64,000 nucleotides of DNA from Syntrophales bacterium (GTDB lineage Bacteria > Desulfobacterota > Syntrophia > Syntrophales > UBA2210): assembly GCA_963662405.2 (NCBI GenBank), contig CAXXKT010000003.1, positions 352,001 through 416,000 of the forward strand, in the 5' to 3' direction. Both the position numbers and the translations under genes were made by a program. The notes beneath the pieces are model-generated. The model searched no databases and was not told the DNA's origin. It saw only the letters and a list, made by a program, of their open reading frames with translations. Position 1 is the stretch's first letter. Each line of letters begins with the position of its first letter. Positions 19,651-28,980 of the stretch are shown piece after piece.

Positions 19651-21531
19651 CTAACCCCCCGAACACGGTGCATATCTATCGAGTTCTTTCATTGTCTTAT
19701 GGATGCCGCTTACCCAGTTATCTATTGATCGTTGCCGGTTCAAATTCAGCAATCGGTACTCCCGTGCCAAAAAGGCATTAGTACGGATCACACTGTCAGA
19801 TGAATGACTCTTCTTGTTGGGATTGAATATGCAGTACCCGCTGACATGCCCGGTTTCTGCCATTATTTCGATTGCGTAATCCAGAAGAGGCGAGGGGGCA
19901 GGCAACCCTATCTGAGAAATATTGAGCCATCTGGTTTTTCGGATGCAGTGGCCATCGCAGAATGTTACATTCTCCTGTGACATACTCACAGATCTGCCTT
20001 TGGACGCAATCTTTTCAGCAATGCTTCTTTCCCAAAGCGCTAACGTTTTAAGCGACCGAATCCGCAATAGAGTCAGTTCTCTGACGGGGATTATTACCCG
20101 CCATTGAAATGGTCGTTCTAGAACTGCATCTTTTTCGATTTCCTGAACAACCAATTGTTCAGTAGAAAAATCAGACCTTATTGTATTACAGGGATCGATG
20201 CGACAGATCGAATGCACTCGAAGTTTTTCGATTACTTCCGAAAGGCCCTCTTGATAGGATGTTATTTTCTCATAATTTTCTATGGCTAACTCCGGTTCAT
20301 TCAACATTTCAAGCAGCTCAGCCAAGCGATAAAAAATCCCTGCGGTATCTTGTGATATACTGATTTTTTTCGTCAATTGGCGCAGAAATCCCAATTCGTG
20401 AAGTGATTTGCCCCGCAGTCGAGCACTTTCAGCCTGAAGGAGCTTGGCTTCGGGCCAGAATCCTTTTTTAACCAGTTCTTTGAGCATAGGCTTCATTTTA
20501 TCTGGATTCATCGCCTCTGCCTGTGCTTGTTCTATCAGCTTATTCTTGACCACTGTGACTTCATTCCGTTTCAACCTTTCAACAACCTTGGGCGGTAATG
20601 TAGTCAGAGATCGAAGACTTAGATTCCTTACGGCACCCATTTGCCGGAATTGAGGCAATGAGAAGATTCTAAGAGTTTGGTTTTTATCTGCACCAATGCA
20701 AAGAGCGGCGATTTTCTCCTTTCCCACTGGAGCAAGTCTCAAGATGGCAGAAGGTAATGCTTTTTCATGCACCAGACTTTTTTTTCTCAGATCCCATAGC
20801 TTCAGCTTCTTATCTTTCATGCCACCAGTTATTAAATGTTCTCCACAAGTGGCGACTGCATAAAAGACTCCGTCGTGACCCGTCAAAGTTTCATGCCGGC
20901 ATTCGTCTCGAAGGTTTATTAGGTGTAATCGTCCCTCCATTGAAGGAGCACATATATATCCGGCATCAGCATCAAAAGCCAGGACTGGGAAGAGATGTAG
21001 AGGGTCTCTTGGGAAGAGAAATCCTTCCATCTCAAATTGGCTAGCACGTGAATCAAGATCCCATATCTTAAGCTTTCCATCGATTCCCAGGCTCGTGACA
21101 ACTCTGTTGCCCAAAGCAACAATAGAGCAGATAGTGCCACGATGGGCATCCAGATCCCCTATTGGACGCTGTTCAGGGATTGAGATAAGACGGATTTTAC
21201 CATTGGCTCCAGCTGACAGAAGTATTTCGTCCGTAAGAAACGTTAAAGATGTTACAGGACAAAGCTGATGGTATATCTCAAAAAGAGGAGGGGTGTTTTC
21301 AGGAAGGCTTTGACTAGGGAAAAGCCAGAGACGAATCATCCCGACTTTCGAACCTGCTGCCAAATATCGTCCGCTTGGGGAAATCGAAAGGGCATAGACG
21401 CCTTTTGTTCTTTTATCACTGAACAGTATGTGACCCGTTTCATTTATACCGATGCTCCGCCAAATACGAAGTTCTCCATCAGCATCCGTTCCAGCTCCCG
21501 TTATCACGCTGTCATAATAAGGAATCATCAT
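19651..21531 (-). CDS. WD40-repeat protein with helical/TPR-like C-terminal half, ending in Gly-Gly
   Basis: Repeats ending LRIW, IRLW, LKIWD, LKLWD with AH/GH starts; C-terminus YAPCSGG-stop. Confidence 0.85.
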   Translation of the reverse strand: MMIPYYDSVITGAGTDADGELRIWRSIGINETGHILFSDKRTKGVYALSISPSGRYLAAGSKVGMIRLWLFPSQSLPENTPPLFEIYHQLCPVTSLTFLTDEILLSAGANGKIRLISIPEQRPIGDLDAHRGTICSIVALGNRVVTSLGIDGKLKIWDLDSRASQFEMEGFLFPRDPLHLFPVLAFDADAGYICAPSMEGRLHLINLRDECRHETLTGHDGVFYAVATCGEHLITGGMKDKKLKLWDLRKKSLVHEKALPSAILRLAPVGKEKIAALCIGADKNQTLRIFSLPQFRQMGAVRNLSLRSLTTLPPKVVERLKRNEVTVVKNKLIEQAQAEAMNPDKMKPMLKELVKKGFWPEAKLLQAESARLRGKSLHELGFLRQLTKKISISQDTAGIFYRLAELLEMLNEPELAIENYEKITSYQEGLSEVIEKLRVHSICRIDPCNTIRSDFSTEQLVVQEIEKDAVLERPFQWRVIIPVRELTLLRIRSLKTLALWERSIAEKIASKGRSVSMSQENVTFCDGHCIRKTRWLNISQIGLPAPSPLLDYAIEIMAETGHVSGYCIFNPNKKSHSSDSVIRTNAFLAREYRLLNLNRQRSIDNWVSGIHKTMKELDRYAPCSGG

Positions 21532-22454
21532 TCTTCTTCGAGTATTTCAGTATCAAATGATAATATGTGGGCCTCAGGGTCTACAGAAAGGCGGTAGCTC
21601 CCATCAAACCCAGCTTCTGTCAATAAGGACGCGTCGTATCGCTCATTTATTGTTCCGTCATCAGCACCTGTTCCATATGGTCCGTCATACAAATCAGAAG
21701 AGTCAGAATGTGTATTTCCCACAAGCAAATCTCCGCCGTGACTGTCGGCATTGATTTGTGCAGCCTTTTTCTCTCCCAAAGGAATTTTGCTCAACGTGAT
21801 GGTGAGGTCTGTTGAAACTGCATGGTTATCAGTGGCGGTAGCAAGATCGGAGGGTTGAAGATCCTCTGTGATCCTGTTATTCAGTCTTGGAACCCGGGCA
21901 TTTTCCAAACCGACCAAAAGGGATTTGATGTCAAACCTAGGGTCTCGGTCATAAGTCAAAGGCTGCAAGCTGGTATGAAAAGATGGTTTGAATGGTTGCT
22001 GCGAGGAGGGGGCATCACATTCTTCATCTCTTTGCAGAACCTTATGTATTTGCGTCAAAAGTTCGTTCAGGCGATTCATCTCCGATTCAGCGATCTCAGC
22101 AGCTCGGGTTATTTTTTCATCTGCATGGGGGGTGTTCAGATGGTGCGTATCTAATGCTTGGAGGTTTCTCTCCATGGCTTCCAAAGCCTGCTGTACTTTT
22201 TCTTCAATGGATTCCAGCTCTTTGCACAGGATCAAAATTCTTTCCTGTAAAATATAAATATGAGAATAATCTTCATTGCCTGTCCTGATACTATTCAAAA
22301 GTAATGTTAAGGTGTTGCGGCTGGATGAAATGTCCTGCATGAGGAACCACGCACGGTTCTCAACCTCGCGTAAATCAAAGCTGTTTGATTTGTTATGTTG
22401 GAGGGATTCAGTAGTCAGAGAAAAATTGGGGTCATCTTTTGTCAGATCATCCAC
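21528..22454 (-). CDS. Hypothetical protein, N-terminal coiled coil and acidic C-terminus
   Basis: 308-aa ORF, first gene of the cluster; stop overlaps the WD40 start. Confidence 0.7.
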   Translation of the reverse strand: MDDLTKDDPNFSLTTESLQHNKSNSFDLREVENRAWFLMQDISSSRNTLTLLLNSIRTGNEDYSHIYILQERILILCKELESIEEKVQQALEAMERNLQALDTHHLNTPHADEKITRAAEIAESEMNRLNELLTQIHKVLQRDEECDAPSSQQPFKPSFHTSLQPLTYDRDPRFDIKSLLVGLENARVPRLNNRITEDLQPSDLATATDNHAVSTDLTITLSKIPLGEKKAAQINADSHGGDLLVGNTHSDSSDLYDGPYGTGADDGTINERYDASLLTEAGFDGSYRLSVDPEAHILSFDTEILEEE

Positions 22455-22745
22455 AGGATTCTTCCTCTAAAATCCAAACTCGATATTAATTTGTATTAAT
22501 GGTTTTGGGATATTTTTCGATAATAAAACAATTGAGCAATGCACTCGCCTCATATGAAACTTCTTGACGCTTCCGGAAGTGCACCGTTCATTTCATTATA
22601 TAACTCTTGATTTAATTCTTAAATGAGAAATATGAGATATGTCAAGCTCAAATTGAGTATGTTGTTAATTTTTTAATGTTATATAGATGCCGCATGATTG
22701 GGTCTATACAGCTGCCCCGTTCCGTTGATGCTTATTCTATATACA

Positions 22746-23159
22746 TCACAGATAGTTGAAGAGGTCTCTATCTTTCCGCTCTTGAAGACCGTCTTTTCTT
22801 TCCCTGAAATCCTGCATAAGTGATGAAAGACGATTCAGTGAGCGAGAGAATCTGTTTGAAAAGACCCATCCCTCCCGGTAACCATAAAGCTTATTGAATC
22901 GGGAGACGTGGTCGATGATGCCCATCCTCCTCATTTTGCTCCGGACAGTTTCCAGCATACGGGGTGAAAATCCGTACCTATCGCATAAGGGGCTCAGTTC
23001 CGCCAAGAACTCACTGGGGGCGTATTTAAGCTCGATAAATATTGCCAGGAAGATCTTCTGGTGATTTTTATTATTGGGGAACAACAGTGCTGCAATCTCA
23101 TCCAAGCCCTGAGTGCGGGCAATTTTATTGTAGGTAACCTCGATCTTTGTGTTTGACAT
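22746..23159 (-). CDS. Hypothetical protein, possibly winged-helix
   Basis: 137-aa ORF with a GGGGTG RBS; helix-turn-helix-like LCDRYGFSPRMLETVRSKMRRMGII. Confidence 0.65.
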   Translation of the reverse strand: MSNTKIEVTYNKIARTQGLDEIAALLFPNNKNHQKIFLAIFIELKYAPSEFLAELSPLCDRYGFSPRMLETVRSKMRRMGIIDHVSRFNKLYGYREGWVFSNRFSRSLNRLSSLMQDFRERKDGLQERKDRDLFNYL

Positions 23160-23406
23160 TTTTCACCCCAGCCTTTTTGATCAAAATATGGCCTTCGAGA
23201 GGGTATAGGCTCTTCTTCACTCTGTTAAAATCTTTTCTCACTTTGATCCCTGTAAACCAGATAAACTGCTGCTTACCGAAAACCCTGCGATTCCATGGCA
23301 GTCCTGCTCAAAAGGGCAGGGGGACCAGTGAATCGTTCCTCTTCCTATGCCTTTCTATAGGACTTACGCAGTCTCGATACCCAAGATTTTAGGAGGGTAA
23401 TTCCCT

Positions 23407-23799
23407 TTACAATTCAGGACCTGTGGGATTGGTGGCTTTGTCGTTGCTTTCTCGACGACAAAAGGACAAATCGCCTATTTTTTGCTGTTTTTTACGCATC
23501 TCAACCCGTTCCCTGACAATTGCCAGTGCCTGCTGTCGGAGTTGGGTCCCGAACTGACTTTCGATCAGGTAGATCGCCTCATAGGCCGAAACGTATATGT
23601 CATTGAACAGCCGCTGGAACCGCCAGCGGACTCCCTGCCTGGTCATTTTGAAGGAGGTCTCTATCTTATCGCCATAGTTCTGTCTCAATACGAGGCGCTT
23701 ATATCCGGCATCTTTCATATCGACAGCCAGGTCTTTTGCATCGAGCAACAACTTTAATCGTTCCAGGTAATCCTTATCCTTCTGCGTAAGCTTCATCAT
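23407..23799 (-). CDS. Hypothetical protein, HTH-like
   Basis: GGAG RBS; overlaps the upstream gene end; FKMTRQGVRWRFQRL. Confidence 0.65.
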   Translation of the reverse strand: MMKLTQKDKDYLERLKLLLDAKDLAVDMKDAGYKRLVLRQNYGDKIETSFKMTRQGVRWRFQRLFNDIYVSAYEAIYLIESQFGTQLRQQALAIVRERVEMRKKQQKIGDLSFCRRESNDKATNPTGPEL

Positions 23800-24637
23800 T
23801 ACATCTCCGTATGAGTAAATCATCGCCGGATTGTTGCAGGACAACCTCGCGATCGTTATCCATGAAGATCAGAGCCGTGAACCGCCGTGCCCTGTCGCAT
23901 CGGCAGTCCTCGATAAGGGGCGATATGGAGGAGAAAAGAAGGGTGTGGTGACCCAGTACCGCCAGAATATGAGACCGGTAGGCATTGAGATCGAAGTCAC
24001 TCTTCAGATCGAAGAAATCCGTATATGCCGCCATAGGATTTTCGAGGATGAACGCATCCAGGTCTTTGGAGAAATCGGAGAGGATATCCGACTCCGGATT
24101 TTCCATGAGAACCAGTTCCCCGGATCGGGACTCGGCCAGCAGTCTTCTGATGGCTTCTCGTTTCTCTCTGGACCGGTTCCGCGACTCCTGCATCATCTGC
24201 CGGAAATACTCGGCATCAAACAAACGTTCATCGAATATGAATCGCGAGGGGACCGTCTTATGACATGTTGAACAGGAGTAATGAAACGTTTTTCGAACGA
24301 GCGGCGCCTGGCAGCAGGGGCTTGTCTGAAAGGCGACCGTCGGATCGAACACGTGTCCTCCCTGACAGGTGCATTCACTCTGTCCGCTCATGGTGATTCC
24401 CCTGCCGCAGGTTGGACAGGCGTAGTTGGAAAGCATTACCTGAAAATAAAACTCCTTTGCACGTTCTTTATAGGACTCTATATGTTGAAGAATGCCATTG
24501 ATTCTGCGGACAAGAGGGTTTTTGAAGAAGGCATCCTGAGTTGCGGTTCCTTCCGGCACTATGCGTTCGAAAGGTACTTCGCATGTGAGTAACGGGATGC
24601 TTCTTTTTCCAACCGGTATGTCTTCTTCGTTTTCCAT
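23774..24637 (-). CDS. Zinc-ribbon protein with ScpA/kleisin-like C-terminal winged helix
   Basis: CPTC, CTCQGGH, PCC, CSTC; C-terminal RARRFTALIFM...VVLQQ.GDDLLI resembles the ScpA C-terminus. Confidence 0.55.
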   Translation of the reverse strand: MENEEDIPVGKRSIPLLTCEVPFERIVPEGTATQDAFFKNPLVRRINGILQHIESYKERAKEFYFQVMLSNYACPTCGRGITMSGQSECTCQGGHVFDPTVAFQTSPCCQAPLVRKTFHYSCSTCHKTVPSRFIFDERLFDAEYFRQMMQESRNRSREKREAIRRLLAESRSGELVLMENPESDILSDFSKDLDAFILENPMAAYTDFFDLKSDFDLNAYRSHILAVLGHHTLLFSSISPLIEDCRCDRARRFTALIFMDNDREVVLQQSGDDLLIRRCNDEAYAEG

Positions 24638-24650
24638 GGTGAGCTGTGCA

Positions 24651-25892
24651 TCAGGTAGCTGGATTCAGGTCAAACTCCATCAGAATGACCTGTGTGAGCC
24701 TGTCCGAGATCTCCTTCGGCAGGTTGATCGTGATTTCCTTGGTTCGCCCATATCGGCCATGGGAAAAGACCCGCGCCTGGATGAAGCCGTACATGTCCAA
24801 CTCCGAAACGAGATCGCTGAAGGCTCTTTGGGTCAAGACCCGCAGCTTGATCGTGGAGCAAAACTGACGGTATCCTTCATAGGCGTCACCGGTGTAGACC
24901 GGTTTCGTCGTCCTTGCCGTAAGGAGAATAACGGCAAAAAGGGCGGCCTGGAGCTGCTTGGGGCTGGATTTTATCATCGCCACGTACTTGTCCTTCTCGA
25001 TGTCATCCAGTGCCCGATCGACCAGATCCATGGTAATTTTTGTCCCTTCCTTTTCCGCCATGAGTGCCGACTTTGAAAGAAGCTCCACCGCCTTTCGTGC
25101 ATCGCCATGGGTCCTGCTCGACACGGCAGCGATTTTTTCCAGAACGCCCGCTTCGATCATTTCTTGATTGAGGGCCTTCTGTATGCGCAGCGCAAGGATT
25201 TGTTGTAGATCGTAGGCATTGTAGGGTTTGAAGAATATCTCGTTGATCTTCAGAAAAGACTTGATCCGCGGATCGATGTTCTCCTGCCAGTTAAGTCTGT
25301 TTGAGGTAAATACCAGAATGAGCTTCAACGGCACGGTTTGAGGCAGTCTCTTGGTCAGGAACTTCAGAAAACTGTCGATATCCCTTCTCACATGATCGAC
25401 TTCATCGACAAAGATGATGAAATATCCACGATAGTTTTTCATCTTCTCTTCGATCTTGCCCATGAGTTCGTCCAATGAGATCCCCTTCTTGTAGCGCTTT
25501 GACGCATCCAGGTAGCAGGCGAGATCGTTTAACACCCGAAAGCAGGGTTTTGGTGTCGATAGATCCAGATGTATATACATCATTTCGATCATCTTCTTGT
25601 GGCAGATCGCCTTCAGCATGTTCAGGTAATAGAGCATCGTCACCGTTTTACCGGTGCCCGTTTTTCCATAGAGTGACAGATGGACAGGATGGTCCCCTCT
25701 GAACATGGGTGCGAAATGGGAACTCAGGTCTTCGATTTCGGTGTCTCGAACATCCAGGGCAAAGATCTCCTCCAGCACCTGGAATTGTTCGCTCCGGTCG
25801 AGCTGCTCATCGTCAAGATATCGTCTATCCAGGATGATGGTATTCTTGAGCAGGGACTGAATCTGCTTTTCAATCTTCAAATCGGCTCGCAT
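24651..25892 (-). CDS. cdc6: Archaeal-type Orc1/Cdc6 replication initiator (AAA+ plus winged helix)
   Basis: YGKTGTGKT, IFVDEVD, TSN, DPRIKS, FKPYNA..L..IL..R, HGDARKA, WH domain SELDMYGFI...GRYGRT. Confidence 0.92.
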   Translation of the reverse strand: MRADLKIEKQIQSLLKNTIILDRRYLDDEQLDRSEQFQVLEEIFALDVRDTEIEDLSSHFAPMFRGDHPVHLSLYGKTGTGKTVTMLYYLNMLKAICHKKMIEMMYIHLDLSTPKPCFRVLNDLACYLDASKRYKKGISLDELMGKIEEKMKNYRGYFIIFVDEVDHVRRDIDSFLKFLTKRLPQTVPLKLILVFTSNRLNWQENIDPRIKSFLKINEIFFKPYNAYDLQQILALRIQKALNQEMIEAGVLEKIAAVSSRTHGDARKAVELLSKSALMAEKEGTKITMDLVDRALDDIEKDKYVAMIKSSPKQLQAALFAVILLTARTTKPVYTGDAYEGYRQFCSTIKLRVLTQRAFSDLVSELDMYGFIQARVFSHGRYGRTKEITINLPKEISDRLTQVILMEFDLNPAT

Positions 25893-25896
25893 GGTG

Positions 25897-26126
25897 GTTC
25901 CACTGGAAATTTACCGGGACATGCGACAGCTTCTGAATAACCACATATTTATATTTTTCGTTTTTTCAGTGTGAGTAATTTTCCAGTGGAGATTGGGGAG
26001 GAAAGATGTGTTGTCCTTTTTTGAAATTCATCGCAATATTTTCTATATAGAAAGTAAATATACATAAAGATATAGATATATACCGATACATACATACCGT
26101 GTTCCATCGGAAATTTACTCTCACTG
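25897..26126. promoter_or_regulatory. Putative archaeal-style replication origin: three ORB-like boxes and an AT-rich unwinding region
   Basis: GTTCCACTGGAAATTTAC (25897-25914), CAGTGTGAGTAATTTTCCAGTGGA (25967-25990) and its inverted partner GTTCCATCGGAAATTTACTCTCACTG (26101-26126) around an AT-rich spacer. Confidence 0.7.
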
Positions 26127-26209
26127 GGGATGGGACAAAAGTTCAATGAGAGCATGAGAATTCAAACTACTGAAACCATCTGAAAATAGAAAGATTAATA
26201 AACGAAGTA

Positions 26210-26482
26210 TTGTATGGAATGAGGATGGAAGATTTTTACAATATAATTCCCTTTCCGTATCGAACAGAACGAATTGGGAGGATCAGGGATGTCATAACTC
26301 AAATCAGAGCCGATTCTGAACGCTATATGGCGATCAAACAAAAGATTGAAGCGGGTTTCGGCGATGATGCAGATATGGAAGAACTACAGCAGACAAGAGC
26401 ATGGTTACAAAAGGAAAAGTTTACTTACAAACGAATGAATTCTAAGGGTATCGAAGGGATCGCATGTACATTTCATTTATAA
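26210..26482 (+). CDS. Hypothetical protein
   Basis: 90-aa ORF, no motif recognised. Confidence 0.4.
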   Translation: MYGMRMEDFYNIIPFPYRTERIGRIRDVITQIRADSERYMAIKQKIEAGFGDDADMEELQQTRAWLQKEKFTYKRMNSKGIEGIACTFHL

Positions 26483-26628
26483 TACTGATGTGCATTAGAT
26501 TTCCGTATTATATAGGAAACTGTCTATTTAATGTTCTGCTCTGATCTGATGTCTTTTTTGTTCCTCTTGCCTTCAGTATGTCGGTCTGGTATACTTCTGT
26601 AAGAACGACGTTCTTACGGAGGTGTAAC

Positions 26629-26835
26629 ATGATTAAACATCTACAGAAGGTCGGGAACAGCAGGGGCATCGTGTTGGACCGGCCCATCTTGAAGCTTCTG
26701 TCTGTACCGCCAGACGGCGCTTTCGAGGTAACGCCTCAGGAGGGCGGACTGTTTCTCAGGCCGATCACAACACAAGAAGCCTACGAGAGGGTATCCAAAA
26801 AGCACCAGAAATCGCTGGACAAGCTTTCCCGATGA
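26629..26835 (+). CDS. AbrB/MazE-like antitoxin
   Basis: LQKVGNSRGIVLDRPIL; GGAGGT RBS; overlaps the toxin start. Confidence 0.85.
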   Translation: MIKHLQKVGNSRGIVLDRPILKLLSVPPDGAFEVTPQEGGLFLRPITTQEAYERVSKKHQKSLDKLSR

Positions 26836-27233
26836 CAGAAGAGCCCTATTTCATCACCCTTGAAGAGGCCATTCTCTTCCACCGCGAGGAGATAGAACGG
26901 ACCGGGGGAGCCGAGGGCATCCGTGATCTGGATGGATTGACCGCAGCACTCGCTGCCCCACAAGCGTCCTTTGGTGGTTCCTATCTATTGGTGGATCTGT
27001 TCGAGATGGCGGCTGCTTACGTGGAGTCGATCTGTATGCGACATCCATTCGTCGACGGCAACAAGAGAACCGGAACGGCCTGTGCTCTTGTCTTCCTGCT
27101 GCTGAATGGCTACGAGATCGACGAAGAACACGATGAGGCGCTTGCCGACCGCGTTCTCGATTTGGTGACACATAGGACGGACAGAGAGGGACTTGCCGAG
27201 TATTTCCGGACGAGATCAAGAGAGGCCGGGTGA
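26832..27233 (+). CDS. doc: Doc-type Fic-domain toxin
   Basis: GG..GIRD and HPFVDGNKRT Doc motif. Confidence 0.9.
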   Translation: MTEEPYFITLEEAILFHREEIERTGGAEGIRDLDGLTAALAAPQASFGGSYLLVDLFEMAAAYVESICMRHPFVDGNKRTGTACALVFLLLNGYEIDEEHDEALADRVLDLVTHRTDREGLAEYFRTRSREAG

Positions 27234-27368
27234 GGTAAAACAATAGCTTGTACTGGACGGAGTTCCGCGGATCGCTCCACTGCGCATAGTCCTTGATAAT
27301 GTATTATTGCGCTGTCAAGTACCCAAAATTTTTGATATACGAAATAGCATCGTTCACAGGAGAACCGA

Positions 27369-27800
27369 ATGAGTAACCAAGAAGAGAAAGAGGACGCAGA
27401 GATCTCTGGATATTCACAGCGTATATTAGGACACGAGGCATTCGCTGAATTGTACCCGACCATTGAAGAGATTCAAGTCATCGTCAAACGGAGCGGCAAC
27501 GGCAAACCCACCCACGCAGACACACAAGCATATTATGATCGCTACGGAAAAGATGTTGTGGACTATGTCGATTGCGCAAACCCGATGTGCCGCAACGGTG
27601 GTTTCTCTATTGGCAGTCTCATTGAGAAAATGGTTGTTTCCAATCAGACAAATTTGCAGAAAGACTATATTCCTTGCCCGGGATATGAAGATTCCAGCCC
27701 ACGAGTTGGCCGAACTCACCAGTGTACCAACTTCTTCGGGATCAGGATCAACATCAAATACAAATCACAATCTTCCAGTGAAGATAGCGAATTCGCATGA
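27369..27800 (+). CDS. Hypothetical Cys-containing protein
   Basis: AGGAG RBS; CANPMC, CPGYE, CTNF possible zinc site. Confidence 0.6.
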   Translation: MSNQEEKEDAEISGYSQRILGHEAFAELYPTIEEIQVIVKRSGNGKPTHADTQAYYDRYGKDVVDYVDCANPMCRNGGFSIGSLIEKMVVSNQTNLQKDYIPCPGYEDSSPRVGRTHQCTNFFGIRINIKYKSQSSSEDSEFA

Positions 27801-27869
27801 GCCACCCCATTATCAGAATAAGAATATTATACATATAATAATTATTTTCTTGAAGGAGGAATCCCTGCC

Positions 27870-28154
27870 ATAGCCCTAACAAAAGGAGACATCGTCAAGT
27901 CAATCCAAGATCAGTTAAACTTACCAAAGGACAAATCTACAGGCTTACTTGAATCCGTTCTGGAGAGTATAACCCAATCGCTTGCCGATGGTGAGGATGT
28001 TGCGATCAGCGGATTTGGGAAGTTCTGTGTCATTGACAAGAAAGCACGATCCGGGCGAAATCCTCAGACAGGCGAACCGATGGTTATCGGGCCACGAAGA
28101 GTTGTCACATTCAGGAACTCTTCACGATTAAAAGAGAAGCTCAACTCGAAATAG
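27870..28154 (+). CDS. ihfA: IHF alpha/HU-family DNA-bending protein with ATA at the start-codon position (absent from the ORF track)
   Basis: AAGGAGGA RBS, then ATA-ALTKGDIV...GEDVAISGFGKF...RSGRNPQTGE...RRVVTFR; 94 codons without a stop. Confidence 0.85.
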   Translation: MALTKGDIVKSIQDQLNLPKDKSTGLLESVLESITQSLADGEDVAISGFGKFCVIDKKARSGRNPQTGEPMVIGPRRVVTFRNSSRLKEKLNSK

Positions 28155-28443
28155 AAAGAATAATGGTGTGAAAAATTCTTGATATAAGCTCAGAGAGCTA
28201 GAAGGCTGACATCTTTGATCTTGATGCCTTTTCTGCTTTTGACTGGCCGTAGCCGGAGGGTTTATAGCCTGATCATCAAAGCCCTGTTTCTTATCAAAAG
28301 AAGTGGGGTCAATAGCAGATCTCCAGCTCGTTCAATCCGTAGATTTTGGTCGATTTCCTTCACCACCCCCCATCATAAAACCGAAAACTTTATATACCAG
28401 TATCACTTCCCAGTAACAAAAAGGGACAGATGAGCTGGTTTGC

Positions 28444-28980
28444 ATGATCATAAACTCGATAACCCCGGACTACGATAACGGAAATTTCCCCGTCGAAGTC
28501 AGCTCTGCGTCCCCCTCTATAACGTATCTTTATCCCCAGAGGTATGGCTATCATCGAACCTGCCCCGCATATCCCATTACCTTCCCCTTTGAGCGAAAAC
28601 CGATGTTCTACGCGACTGGCTTGGGTCTCGAGGGACTCCTCTACCAGAAACAGGAGGTCATCGATTCCAAGATCCGCATGGTCCTTTCGGAGATCGACCA
28701 GCGCCGGCTCATGAAGGACTATCATCTCTATCGAATCGATTGCGATCAATGCTCCTGCCGGAACTTGGTGTACTTTATCGGCATGGACTACAAGGACCGC
28801 CGCAGGGTGGATATCGAAAAGAAGATCATCGATCTGGAACAGGAAAAACGACGTGAACGCGCCGCCTACTTTCGGGATGTCCTCTTCCTCAGAAAGGAGC
28901 TGAGGGAATCGTTCATCGAGAAGCTGGAAGAGGAACAGAAGGCGGAGATATTTATGAACCCCAAGGAGGAATTCCCATGA
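28444..28980 (+). CDS. Hypothetical coiled-coil protein
   Basis: 178-aa ORF heading a translationally coupled run. Confidence 0.65.
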   Translation: MIINSITPDYDNGNFPVEVSSASPSITYLYPQRYGYHRTCPAYPITFPFERKPMFYATGLGLEGLLYQKQEVIDSKIRMVLSEIDQRRLMKDYHLYRIDCDQCSCRNLVYFIGMDYKDRRRVDIEKKIIDLEQEKRRERAAYFRDVLFLRKELRESFIEKLEEEQKAEIFMNPKEEFP

